64,000 bases of DNA from Anaerolineales bacterium (GTDB taxonomy: Bacteria > Chloroflexota > Anaerolineae > Anaerolineales > UBA4823). Of this stretch, positions 27,970 to 37,397 are shown piece by piece. Location of the stretch: contig JBFFEL010000004.1 of NCBI GenBank assembly GCA_041558875.1, positions 6,980 through 70,979 of the forward strand, read 5' to 3'. The notes below the pieces were generated by a model. The model searched no databases and was not told where the DNA came from. It saw nothing but the letters and a program-made list of their open reading frames with translations. Numbering within the stretch: position 1 is the first letter of the stretch; every line of letters starts with the position of its first letter. The position numbers were made by a program, and so were the translations under genes.

Positions 27970-29319
27970 TTGAAAGTGTTCAACAACAAAATATTCTGGA
28001 TTCTCGGTTATTCACTCGCAATCGTCCTGATTTTTGTGAGTATGGTTTTTGCCTCCTTCTCCCTGCTAAACCTATACCTTAGTTATGATGGACCTTCTGT
28101 ACAAACTCCGAATTCGAATTCGATAACAATCTTTGTCGCCCAAACCGTCGAAGCGGAATTGACCAAACAGGCAGCAGGGTCCACTCCGACTTATACAAAC
28201 ATCCCGGGATCGATTGTAACTGCAACCCCAACTGCTTCGGTTACACCAGAAATCATTACAACAACGAACACGGCTGTTCCTCCCAAGATGATAGTCCCCA
28301 CATTCACCCCGAATTCTGCTGCTTGCAATCAGGCTCAATTTATACGAGATTTATCTGTACAGGATAATTCACTCGTTCCACCAGGTGCTCCGTTCGTCAA
28401 AACCTGGCGCCTTAAAAATATTGGATACTGCACGTGGACAACCGGTTACATGCTGGTTTTTCATAGCGGAAATGCCATGGAGGCAAATCGGAGCATACCG
28501 TTACCGAGAAGCGTGGAGCCTAACCAGACTATCGATATATCAGTACCCATGAAATCGCCCCAAAAGGCGGGAACCTATCGAGGGGATTGGATGTTTAGCG
28601 ATGCTTCTGGTACCAGATTTGGCCTCGGTTCAAATGGAGATCAAACTTTCTGGGTGCAGATCCGAGTCAAGAATTTGGTTAATACGAACTTGGTCTACGA
28701 TTTTGCGGAAAACTCTTGTCATGCAGAGTGGAAAAGCAGTAATGGGATGTTGTCTTGCTTGGGGACTTCAAGCAGCAGTGATGGGTTCGTGATTTTATTG
28801 GATTCTCCACAATTAGAAAACCGCCAGGAAGATGAAATAACTCTCTGGACTCATCCCAATAACAGCAACCGTGGCTGGATAAGCGGGATGTATCCAGAAT
28901 TTATCATCCAACCCAACCAACACTTTAGTGCCTGGGTTGGCTGCCTGGTCGAAAGCAAGGGTTGTAACGTCATTTTCAGGCTGGACTATAAAAATCTCAC
29001 CAATGACAATATCCGCAATCTTGGTGCCTGGAACGAAATTTATGATGGAGAAGTGACCAAAATCGCTCTGGACCTCTCTCAACACGCTGGCAAACATGTT
29101 CGTTTCATACTCACAGTGGAGGTCAACGGTGGTGATCCAACCCGGGCAAACGCTTTTTGGTTTGTGCCAGGGATTGTTGCGGTCTTTTCCCCTACTGCTA
29201 CCCAAATTTTCCCTACAGCGACAATAAATCCAACTTCTGCACCTGCAGCCACTGAAACACCGACCGAAACACCCATACTTACAGAGATACCCCTTGGATC
29301 GGCTATTGGTGGAAATTAA
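27970..29319 (+). CDS. Membrane-anchored protein with NBR1-type Ig-like domain
   Basis: 449 aa with an N-terminal TM and a Thr/Pro-rich linker. FIRDLSVQDNSLVPPGAPFVKTWRLKNIGYCTWTTGYMLVF...GTYRGDWMF matches the NBR1-Ig-like pattern. The C-terminus is Thr/Pro-rich. Confidence 0.6.
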   Translation: MKVFNNKIFWILGYSLAIVLIFVSMVFASFSLLNLYLSYDGPSVQTPNSNSITIFVAQTVEAELTKQAAGSTPTYTNIPGSIVTATPTASVTPEIITTTNTAVPPKMIVPTFTPNSAACNQAQFIRDLSVQDNSLVPPGAPFVKTWRLKNIGYCTWTTGYMLVFHSGNAMEANRSIPLPRSVEPNQTIDISVPMKSPQKAGTYRGDWMFSDASGTRFGLGSNGDQTFWVQIRVKNLVNTNLVYDFAENSCHAEWKSSNGMLSCLGTSSSSDGFVILLDSPQLENRQEDEITLWTHPNNSNRGWISGMYPEFIIQPNQHFSAWVGCLVESKGCNVIFRLDYKNLTNDNIRNLGAWNEIYDGEVTKIALDLSQHAGKHVRFILTVEVNGGDPTRANAFWFVPGIVAVFSPTATQIFPTATINPTSAPAATETPTETPILTEIPLGSAIGGN

Positions 29320-29341
29320 TTTTAGATTGGAGGTGATTTTG

Positions 29342-29689
29342 ATGAAAACAAGATACAGATTTACCCTGATATTTATTGCATTTTTGCTTGCACTAGTAAT
29401 GTTCTTCGGAAACAGAAACGTTTCTGAGGCGCAGTCGGCCATATTTTATTTTCATTGGTCAGCTAATTGTGCAAAAGGTGAACCAGTGACGCTCAAACCA
29501 AAATACGACAAGGCATTTGATTGGACAGATCCATACACAGGAGCTGTAGAAAAAATTGTCCCTTATACGATTAGCTGTAAAACAGGTACTACTAGTGTTA
29601 GCAAATTGTGCAAAGGCTTTGTCTACACCAGGGCTTCAAGGACGGATCCCATGAATAATACACTCGTGTCTTGCTATGGAGTTCCGTAA
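29342..29689 (+). CDS. Small secreted Cys-containing protein, unknown function
   Basis: ATG at 29342 with GGAGGTG SD. The signal peptide is MKTRYRFTLIFIAFLLALVMFFG...SEAQS. The mature part has several Cys. Confidence 0.5.
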   Translation: MKTRYRFTLIFIAFLLALVMFFGNRNVSEAQSAIFYFHWSANCAKGEPVTLKPKYDKAFDWTDPYTGAVEKIVPYTISCKTGTTSVSKLCKGFVYTRASRTDPMNNTLVSCYGVP

Positions 29690-29787
29690 CCGATTTAATT
29701 CATAGGAGAAGAAAGAAATGAAAAAGAAACTGAAACAAGATATTTATTTTTCATTCTAGACCAAAAACACTATTACGGAGGTGAGAA

Positions 29788-30747
29788 ATGAAACATATTA
29801 AGAAAGCAACCCTAATTCTTGTGGCTCTAGCCATCTCCATAGGTTTGGTGTTAACCAATTCTCGACCAGTCTCTGCTGCTGTGGAAGAACCTCAAAAATG
29901 CACCCGGTGGCACACAGTTAATAAAGGCGAGTATCTGTCTATGATCGCTGAACAATACGAAACAAATTGGTATTCCCTGGTTGAGATCAATCAATTGACG
30001 AATCCAAGCCTCATTTACGTAGGCAACCGGTTGTGTATTTTCCACAGCGATTTCTCAACCAAGCCACTGGTAAATAATCCAATAAGTAGCAACAGTGCCA
30101 GAGTATTTGCTACCAGTGTTAAAGAAGATCAGACAGTGACCCTCCAGGGAAAATATTTAGTTGCGAATTCTCGTTACGACATTTATCTGGGTAAATATAA
30201 GACCGATCCAGCGATCAGAATTCCTGTTGGCTCAATCTCTACGGATAAAAATGGAGCCTTCCAAACGACAGTCACTATCCCTAAGAAGCTGTACGATGTA
30301 TTGAAGATTCGCGTCAGCCTAACCAATCAGCGCGGTGATACGAAATCAAACTGGTTCATCAATACTACCAGTTCAGGAAATGTCGGAGGTATTGGTTCTC
30401 CAGAGTTGAGCATAGCTGTCAAGTCTGTCAAGAAAGGCCAATGGGTAAAGATTGAAACGAATAACCTGCCAGCAAAAGTTTCCTTCAAGGTTTATATGAA
30501 GAGATCCGGAGCAAATGACAGAAAATGGGTTTTAGTTGGAACACTCCGTGATTCCAAGGGTGGCGAGGTTGTGGAATCCTTTGAAATTCCAGAATCAATA
30601 AAAGATCGATCAAAATTGGAGATTATGGCAGTAAACGATGCTCTAGATATGGATGCGGGAGCAAGGTTCGATAACATAACTACTAAGGCGCAAATAATCT
30701 CATCGATTAGACTCGATCAGGATACTGCAGTGATAGGTTTAAGGTGA
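29788..30747 (+). CDS. Secreted LysM-domain protein
   Basis: 319 aa with signal peptide and GGAGGTG SD. HTVNKGEYLSMIAEQYETNWYSLVEINQLTNPSLIYVGNRLCI is a LysM motif. The C-terminal region is beta-rich. Confidence 0.75.
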   Translation: MKHIKKATLILVALAISIGLVLTNSRPVSAAVEEPQKCTRWHTVNKGEYLSMIAEQYETNWYSLVEINQLTNPSLIYVGNRLCIFHSDFSTKPLVNNPISSNSARVFATSVKEDQTVTLQGKYLVANSRYDIYLGKYKTDPAIRIPVGSISTDKNGAFQTTVTIPKKLYDVLKIRVSLTNQRGDTKSNWFINTTSSGNVGGIGSPELSIAVKSVKKGQWVKIETNNLPAKVSFKVYMKRSGANDRKWVLVGTLRDSKGGEVVESFEIPESIKDRSKLEIMAVNDALDMDAGARFDNITTKAQIISSIRLDQDTAVIGLR

Positions 30748-30896
30748 GGCATCCCTCAGATGCTGACAGTTGATTTGCTTGAGCAAAAACACGTACTGGA
30801 AAAGAAATGTTGCCAGGAAAGTGATTGCTCAAGCACTATCTTTCAGCAATGCTTTAAAGATTTCACCACAAAACCCATTTTCCTAGGATATTCATC

Positions 30897-33287
30897 GTGC
30901 GCATCGTACTTGAACACATTTGGTCGGATTGGCGATTAAGTCTTGCTGTCACAATATTAATGGTAGCGGTTTTTGGTTTGTTGTGCGCTTGGTTCATGCC
31001 TCGAGGTCCAGTAACAACTTCACAAGCACTGGTTTCAATAGTGTCATCCTTATTCATTGGCATATTGGCTGGTTTTGTTATGGGAACCCGGTGGAGCATG
31101 TTGATCACGCCAGTGGCGTTTATATTTGTATTTGAACTCGCTCGAAATGGAATTAAAGGTCCCACGGTGGACAACATCATCCTCAGCTCCATGTATGGCG
31201 TCCTTGCATTTTCCACGGGTCGCTTATTTCATGGTGTGCTTGTCTTAGCACCGATGATATTAGGTGCCGTTTATGGGGCATGGATCGCATCCAGCGTTGG
31301 AAAAGGTCATATCGTGTCTGTGGGCACCTTCGGTTGGTCAATCACTGGTCTTAGCTCCTTGGCAATCATACTTGTTGTTTTTTTGGTTGCACAACCTGCG
31401 ACTACAAATCCAATAATCAATTCCGGTGGGGAGCCAATCTCTGGCAGTATTGCAGAATTGATCAGTGTCCCAATCGGTGGTCATGAACAGGTACTGATGA
31501 TTAGGGGAAGGAGTGTTGATAATCCGGTTCTTTTATATCTGGCTGGAGGACCTGGTGGTACAGACCTTGGTGCCATGCGTGCAGACGTCACTCTGGAACA
31601 GTATTTCATTGTTGTGACATGGGATCAACGCGGCACCGGTAAGTCTTATGCTGCTCTTGACCCGGTTGAAACGCTGACTTACGAACAAATGGTGTCCGAC
31701 ACGATCGAGGTGACAAATTACCTCCGTGACCGCTTCAATGTAAACAAGATTTACCTTGTAGGTAATTCTTGGGGCTCTATCCTCGGTATACTTGCCGTTC
31801 AACGTCAGCCTGAACTCTTCCACGCTTATGTTGGTACAGGTCAAATGGTCAGCCCAAGGGAAACCGATATCATGTTCTATGAAGATAACCTGAAGTGGGC
31901 TGAACAAACGCACAACGGAAACCTAGTTGATGAGCTGCAACAAATTGGTCTTCCTCCATACGAGAACCTCAAAAATTATGAAACAGCACTTTCCCACGAA
32001 CTCGCCTGGAACCCCTATTCCGGACTCGATACAAGCAAGGAAATGCTATTCAACTTGTTTGTACCCGAAAACTCACTCATGGATCGGATCAACGGGATGC
32101 GAGGTTTGCTCGATACTTTCTCCATCCTTTATCCACAACTACAGGAAATTGACTTTCGGAAGGATGTCCAAAGCATGGACATCCCCATTTATATTGTGAT
32201 TGGCAAGCACGAGGCTCGCGGCCGGGCTGTCTTAGCCAAAGAATGGTTCGAAATGCTTTCAGCTCCGTCAAAAGAGATGATCATTTTCGAACATTCAGGT
32301 CATCGTCCAATATTTGAGGAACCAGCGGAGTTCGCTGCTGTGATGACTCGTATCTTGGAGGACAATAATATCCAATTCTCGAATAATCCAACCCATCCGG
32401 TGTGTTTCGATACTTTTCTTGCTCCTATTGCATTTATGCCAGACAGTGAACGAATTTTGGTTCGCGCTGAATCAGGTGTTCAGATCTTTAATCTAGCAAC
32501 GATGGAGGAAGAATTGTTCCTTGAATCGCCAACAAAACTGAAAAGACCAACTGCGGTTCTGTCATTGAAAGGTGATATGTTAGCCTGGGTACTTGAAGAT
32601 AATTCCATCCAAGTAATCCGGTTATCAGATCAGAGCGTAATTTACACCACACACATCCATTCTGATCCAATCACAAAACTAAGATTTTCTCCGGATGGGT
32701 TGAAACTATACTCAGCCTCACATGATGGTTGGGTGAAGGAATTGAACATTGATGGACAAATAGTAAGCGAATTTCAGCCTTATGGTGGAGAGGTACTCGG
32801 ACTAGGTATTTCCGCAGATGGAGAAACCATTGCTACAATACCTTTCGATGGACCTGTAAAGTTGTGGGATACAGCAAACTATCAAATGCTGACAGATTTG
32901 GGGGGATCGGGTGGATATGATACCTCAGATGTGGCTTTTTCCAGCAACGGTCAATTTATCGCCGCAGATCTAGCAACCGGCCTGTCTGCCTGGGATATCA
33001 GTGATCATTCATTACTTTGGAATGGCATCAACAGCAAGGCATTCGCATTTTCGCCACAAGAAAACCTCTTGGCTTATTCAGATATTAGTAAGAATCATGA
33101 CATTATTCTTAGGTCTCTAGAAGACAAACAAATACTAAATACATTGATCGGCCATCAAGGTCCAGTTTGGGAGCTGATATTCTCACCTGATAGTCAATTG
33201 CTGGCATCCACGGATGGAAATGAATTGCGCATCTGGCGCGTGGATGGTGGCGAGCTCTTGTACATTGGAAAAAGCAGCTGTCCGTAA
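30897..33287 (+). CDS. Membrane-anchored alpha/beta hydrolase (proline iminopeptidase-like) fused to WD40 repeats
   Basis: 796 aa with about 5 N-terminal TM helices. The hydrolase core has LYLAGGPGG, nucleophile elbow GNSWGS and a late FEHSGH. The C-terminus has WD40-like repeats (e.g. GHQGPVWELIFSPDSQLLASTDGNELRIWRV). Confidence 0.75.
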   Translation: MRIVLEHIWSDWRLSLAVTILMVAVFGLLCAWFMPRGPVTTSQALVSIVSSLFIGILAGFVMGTRWSMLITPVAFIFVFELARNGIKGPTVDNIILSSMYGVLAFSTGRLFHGVLVLAPMILGAVYGAWIASSVGKGHIVSVGTFGWSITGLSSLAIILVVFLVAQPATTNPIINSGGEPISGSIAELISVPIGGHEQVLMIRGRSVDNPVLLYLAGGPGGTDLGAMRADVTLEQYFIVVTWDQRGTGKSYAALDPVETLTYEQMVSDTIEVTNYLRDRFNVNKIYLVGNSWGSILGILAVQRQPELFHAYVGTGQMVSPRETDIMFYEDNLKWAEQTHNGNLVDELQQIGLPPYENLKNYETALSHELAWNPYSGLDTSKEMLFNLFVPENSLMDRINGMRGLLDTFSILYPQLQEIDFRKDVQSMDIPIYIVIGKHEARGRAVLAKEWFEMLSAPSKEMIIFEHSGHRPIFEEPAEFAAVMTRILEDNNIQFSNNPTHPVCFDTFLAPIAFMPDSERILVRAESGVQIFNLATMEEELFLESPTKLKRPTAVLSLKGDMLAWVLEDNSIQVIRLSDQSVIYTTHIHSDPITKLRFSPDGLKLYSASHDGWVKELNIDGQIVSEFQPYGGEVLGLGISADGETIATIPFDGPVKLWDTANYQMLTDLGGSGGYDTSDVAFSSNGQFIAADLATGLSAWDISDHSLLWNGINSKAFAFSPQENLLAYSDISKNHDIILRSLEDKQILNTLIGHQGPVWELIFSPDSQLLASTDGNELRIWRVDGGELLYIGKSSCP

Positions 33288-33346
33288 ACAAACCCACGGG
33301 GAGATATTAATTGATTTGAGGAAACATTTTTAAAAGGAAACCTTTT

Positions 33347-34063
33347 ATGAAGAAAAAAATATTTCTAATTGGGTTGGTATCTACCCTCCTTTTAGCAGGC
33401 TGCAATACCAGGGAAGCATCAACCGACCAATCAGGTCAATCATCCATAAGTGTCAGCGGAACTGGCACAGCCAGCGCTGCCCCCGATGTGGTTGACATCC
33501 AAATGGGTGTCGATACTGCGGACACCGATCCAGTCGCGGCTGGCAACCAGAATTCTGAGAAGATGAATGCGATTATCACCGTACTCGGAGAAATGGGAAT
33601 TGCTGATATGGATATCCAGACCATCAATTACAGCATGTGGGTCGAAGATGTCTATGATCAGGATAATCAACCCACTGGTGCAAAACGTTACCGTGTTACC
33701 AACCAGTTGAATATCCGTCTTCGTGATTTATCCCAAATTGGTACATTGATCGAAGAAGCCACTAATGCCGGTGCAACTTATGTATCTGGGATAACCTTCG
33801 GTGTCGCGGATACAACTGAACTGGAACAGGCTGCTCTGGATGAGGCCATTGCTAATGCAAGTCAAAAAGCTGAATGGGTTGCCAACGAGATGGGTGTCAA
33901 TATTGGCTCACTAATAACCTTGATCGAAGGTGGGTTTAACACTCCCCCCATGCCTCTTTTCGCGGAAGAAAGAGGAGTAGGCGGTGGGGGTGAGGTGCCG
34001 ATCTCGCAAGGTCAGTTTAGCGTGTCAGCCCAGGTACAGGTGGTCTACAAATTGATCCCTTGA
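33347..34063 (+). CDS. SIMPL-domain (DUF541) lipoprotein
   Basis: 238 aa with lipobox LLAGC. ISVSGTGTASAAPDVVDIQMGV... and ...GQFSVSAQVQVVYKL are typical SIMPL ends. Confidence 0.8.
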   Translation: MKKKIFLIGLVSTLLLAGCNTREASTDQSGQSSISVSGTGTASAAPDVVDIQMGVDTADTDPVAAGNQNSEKMNAIITVLGEMGIADMDIQTINYSMWVEDVYDQDNQPTGAKRYRVTNQLNIRLRDLSQIGTLIEEATNAGATYVSGITFGVADTTELEQAALDEAIANASQKAEWVANEMGVNIGSLITLIEGGFNTPPMPLFAEERGVGGGGEVPISQGQFSVSAQVQVVYKLIP

Positions 34064-34180
34064 CCTAGTTGGCTAGGAGTCTCTCCAGAACTGACTAACA
34101 ACTTAAAAAAATCTCTCTCGAAATGTATTGCACTAAAAGCAGCTGATCAATTCAAGCTCACGATCGATGAGGTGATCACC

Positions 34181-34651
34181 ATGATTAAGAATTATTTTAT
34201 GATTATATTGGCTTTTGTGCTACTCAGTGCCTGTTACCCAGGTAGGAATGACTCCGAAAAAGCAAATCAGGCAATTACTGACTTCTTCAGCGAATTGTCA
34301 AACGGTAATTATGGAAAAGCGGTGACTCTATATGGCGGAAGTTATGGGATCTTGACAAATTTTAATCCGGATTTGGACGCAAATGATCACGTAGCATTGT
34401 TGAAGAATGGCTGCCAAATCAACGGTTTGCAATGTTTGACTATCCGCACGATAACATTCAACGAGCTTTCAGTATCTGGGGAATATATTTTCACTGTGGA
34501 ATTCAACGATCCTGCTGGAAATCTATTCGTTCTCGAGGCCTGCTGCGGCGAAAATCCAACTACGGTGCCTCAATTCCAGTTTGAGTACCGGGTTGTACAA
34601 GGCAGGGATGGGAAAATGCGGGTTTTGGATTTACCAGTTTACACGCCGTGA
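34181..34651 (+). CDS. Lipoprotein, unknown function
   Basis: ATG at 34181 after GAGGTGA. The signal and lipobox are FVLLSAC. No recognisable family. Confidence 0.45.
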   Translation: MIKNYFMIILAFVLLSACYPGRNDSEKANQAITDFFSELSNGNYGKAVTLYGGSYGILTNFNPDLDANDHVALLKNGCQINGLQCLTIRTITFNELSVSGEYIFTVEFNDPAGNLFVLEACCGENPTTVPQFQFEYRVVQGRDGKMRVLDLPVYTP

Positions 34652-34867
34652 ACTTGTCCATTGAAAAATTAGCGATTGCTTGATGATTTTGCATGATGAT
34701 GGAATAACATGGTTCCCATGGAGAGGGATTTATTGTATAAAAATTCATATGCAAGGAAATAACTTAATACTAGTTTGATATTTTAGAAAGACAGTAATTC
34801 CACATATAAGTATTAAACTTGTACAAATCCAATCTGAAATTCGATAAATATTTGGGTCAATAAAATT

Positions 34868-35392
34868 TTGGAATCAAAGGTACCTTATTTCGAAAAAATG
34901 TTAAAACAAAAATCGATCGCTCGTAAGCAATTTTCCCCTCAAAAGTTAACCTATATCACCGCCAAAGGTCTCGGAAAACTTGTAGATGAATTGGATTACT
35001 TGCGCACCTCAAAACGAATGGAAATGTCCCAGCATTTGCATGACACAATGGGCGAAGCTGAAGATAGCGAATATTTGATTGCCCTCCAGGAACAAGCCTT
35101 TATCGAGGGGCGCATCCATGAATTAGAAGGGCTTTTGGCAAATTATCGGATCATCGAGCCAGGCCATAATAGTGGCAATGTTCAACTAGGCAGTACTGTT
35201 GTGATCAGAGAAAATGGCAAGGACACGGAAACCTATACAATTGTAGGTACTGCAGAAGCAAATCCCAGGGAAGGCTTAATTTCGGATGAGTCACCCCTTG
35301 GAACGGCCCTGCTTGACAGCAAAGTTGGCGATGATATAGAAATCAATGTGCCAGGGGGGGTATTAAAATTCCGGATTGTGGCGGTTCAATAA
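34868..35392 (+). CDS. GreA-like transcript-cleavage-factor homolog, paralog 1 (N-terminal extension, start uncertain)
   Basis: 174 aa. It aligns with GreA throughout: LTYITAKGLGKLVDELDYLRT..., ...SEYLIALQEQAFIEGRIHELEGLL, and C-terminal LISDESPLGTALLDSKVGDDIEINVPGG. Confidence 0.8.
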   Translation: MESKVPYFEKMLKQKSIARKQFSPQKLTYITAKGLGKLVDELDYLRTSKRMEMSQHLHDTMGEAEDSEYLIALQEQAFIEGRIHELEGLLANYRIIEPGHNSGNVQLGSTVVIRENGKDTETYTIVGTAEANPREGLISDESPLGTALLDSKVGDDIEINVPGGVLKFRIVAVQ

Positions 35393-35455
35393 GTTTTTGA
35401 AACTGTATCTAAAACGCCTTAAGGCATATTCAGCAGATAGTAATCCGCGGAAAAA

Positions 35456-35647
35456 ATGAAATTTGCACACTGCCCTGCATGCAATATGATCATTCAACTC
35501 CCGCAAAAAATAAAAGTGCGTGAACTGATCAACTGCCCTCATTGTAATTCCATGCTTGAGTTGGCAAGCCAATATCCCCCTACTTTAGATTGGGCTGAGG
35601 ATCCTCTTGTGCATCCTTCACGCAGGGGCATGAAACGATTATTTTGA
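35456..35647 (+). CDS. LysW-like C4 zinc-ribbon small protein (basic tail)
   Basis: 63 aa with CPAC-x17-CPHC, then MLELASQYPPTLDWAEDP. The C-terminus ...SRRGMKRLF is basic. Confidence 0.5.
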   Translation: MKFAHCPACNMIIQLPQKIKVRELINCPHCNSMLELASQYPPTLDWAEDPLVHPSRRGMKRLF

Positions 35648-35673
35648 AACCATAAAAATAAAGGTAATCTCTA

Positions 35674-36918
35674 ATGGAAATTTACCAATCAACCAAAGCC
35701 AGAATTCTTCCACCCCCTCTGGAGAGAAAACAAGATTCCTGGAGAATCGCAATAATTGCCAATCTGATTGATGGATTTGAACGCAATGCCGACGATCCTC
35801 TAGATGCTGGTGCAGAATTCGATCGCTTGCAAACAATTGAAGCTATCGCAGATGCTCTAGAAAGAGACGGGCACAATGTGTTTTTTTTGGAGGCAAACAG
35901 CACTCTTCCTGAAGCCTTGATGGACGTACGTCCAGATATTTGCTTCAACATCGCTGAAGGGATTCGCGGTGATGGTCGCGAAGCCCAGGTACCAGCTTTA
36001 TGCGAATTGTTGGGTATCCCGTATACCGCCTCCCAGGTGGTTGCTAACGCAATTTCCTTGAACAAGACAATGACCAAGCGCATCTGGCAGCAACAGGGAC
36101 TACCAACGGCACCATATTACGAATTCAACTCGCTGGAAGAAGTTGCTCACGCTGATTTTCGCTTTCCTTTGTTTGCTAAACCATCCCGCGAGGGCACCGG
36201 TATGGGTATCAACACCAGTTCAATAATAAGTAATTATGATCAGCTAATTGAACGCGTTGATTGGCTGCTGAGCAATTACCGGCAGCCAGTGTTGGTGGAG
36301 GAATTCCTACCCGGGCGCGAGTTCACCGTTGGTTTTATCGGAAATCGCGGTCATCCGACCTTCAGGAGGCGTCCAGAATTGTATGATAACGATGGTTATC
36401 ACTGGTTTCCCGTCTTAGAGATCGATACTCTGTCCAGCGTGAGTCCTACCATATACGGACACGATGCCAAGGAGTTAGATATCGGTTCGGAAGGCGCTCC
36501 TAGTTATCTCTGCCCAGCAGATATACCTGAATCCTTACGCGCCAGGCTCATTGACCTGACTCGTCGGGCTGCTGAAGCTTTAGAAGTTCGGGATGTATCC
36601 CGGGTCGATTTCCGGGTGGGGGCTGATGGTGAACCCTATCTGCTGGAAATTAACACTCTCCCGGGACTGAACCCGATCTTGAGTGATTTATGCATCATGG
36701 CTGCCGCTGAAGGGATGTCACATCAAACACTGATTACAGAAATCCTATACCTGGCTGCAGAACGATATCACCTTGGAAATATTCCGGTACGTAGCAACTT
36801 TCAACCAGTAAATTCTCGAAATCATTTTGAAGTGGTTCAACAAAGGATCTCAATAAATAATTCAGACTTACCTTTACATCATGAAAGCGCCAGTAAATAC
36901 GAGCTACCAGATTTTTAA
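35674..36918 (+). CDS. ATP-grasp ligase, D-Ala-D-Ala-ligase-like family
   Basis: 414 aa with GREAQVPALCELLGIPYTAS, LNKTMTKRIW, FPLFAKPSREGTGMGI, VLVEEFLPGREFTVG and RVDFRV...PYLLEINTLPGL. Confidence 0.8.
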   Translation: MEIYQSTKARILPPPLERKQDSWRIAIIANLIDGFERNADDPLDAGAEFDRLQTIEAIADALERDGHNVFFLEANSTLPEALMDVRPDICFNIAEGIRGDGREAQVPALCELLGIPYTASQVVANAISLNKTMTKRIWQQQGLPTAPYYEFNSLEEVAHADFRFPLFAKPSREGTGMGINTSSIISNYDQLIERVDWLLSNYRQPVLVEEFLPGREFTVGFIGNRGHPTFRRRPELYDNDGYHWFPVLEIDTLSSVSPTIYGHDAKELDIGSEGAPSYLCPADIPESLRARLIDLTRRAAEALEVRDVSRVDFRVGADGEPYLLEINTLPGLNPILSDLCIMAAAEGMSHQTLITEILYLAAERYHLGNIPVRSNFQPVNSRNHFEVVQQRISINNSDLPLHHESASKYELPDF

Positions 36919-36950
36919 CCTATACAATTCGAGAATAGGAGAACATATAG

Positions 36951-37184
36951 ATGAAATCCCAGATAAAAACAACCCATAAGGATTCGATTGTTAAGTGCCT
37001 GTTATGTAACAGTATGATAAATCTTGGTTTTAATTACAAAGTCGGTAAATTTATCACCTGCAAGAACTGTGAGATGGTATATGAAATCATTAATATCGAT
37101 CCGGTAATGATTGACTGGCCATATCACGATGATGATTACATCGATAATGATGATCTTTACGATTACGATTACGATTATGATTGA
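36951..37184 (+). CDS. LysW-like C4 zinc-ribbon small protein with Asp/Tyr-rich tail
   Basis: 77 aa with AGGAGA SD. It has CLLC-x17-CKNC, then YEIINIDPVMIDW, then the tail PYHDDDYIDNDDLYDYDYDYD. Confidence 0.6.
   Translation: MKSQIKTTHKDSIVKCLLCNSMINLGFNYKVGKFITCKNCEMVYEIINIDPVMIDWPYHDDDYIDNDDLYDYDYDYD
37161..37181 (+). repeat. Hexanucleotide microsatellite (GATTAC/GATTAT x3.5) encoding the DYDYDYD C-terminus
   Basis: The sequence is gattac gattac gattat gat, immediately before the TGA at 37182-37184. Confidence 0.8.
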
Positions 37185-37397
37185 AAGACATCAAAACAAA
37201 CAATCTAATAAGGTTAAATCGATTCTTTTGCCACAAGTTTATTCCGAAATGAGAGAAGTAAATCTGGAATACGGAGGTAAAGCTCATTCAATCCATCCAG
37301 ACAAGCTGCTGATCGAGTGACGCCTTACGGTTACCCTCATTATTGAGAGAAACATCGAATATCTTCATTGCAGATTTCCCTTCTCTAGTGGAATGAT

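Noticed and set aside
29718-29759. 13-codon mini-ORF (MKKKLKQDIYFSF) with AGGAGA SD upstream of the LysM gene
   Set aside because: It is too short to support from sequence alone. There is no attenuator-type alternative structure or conservation evidence.
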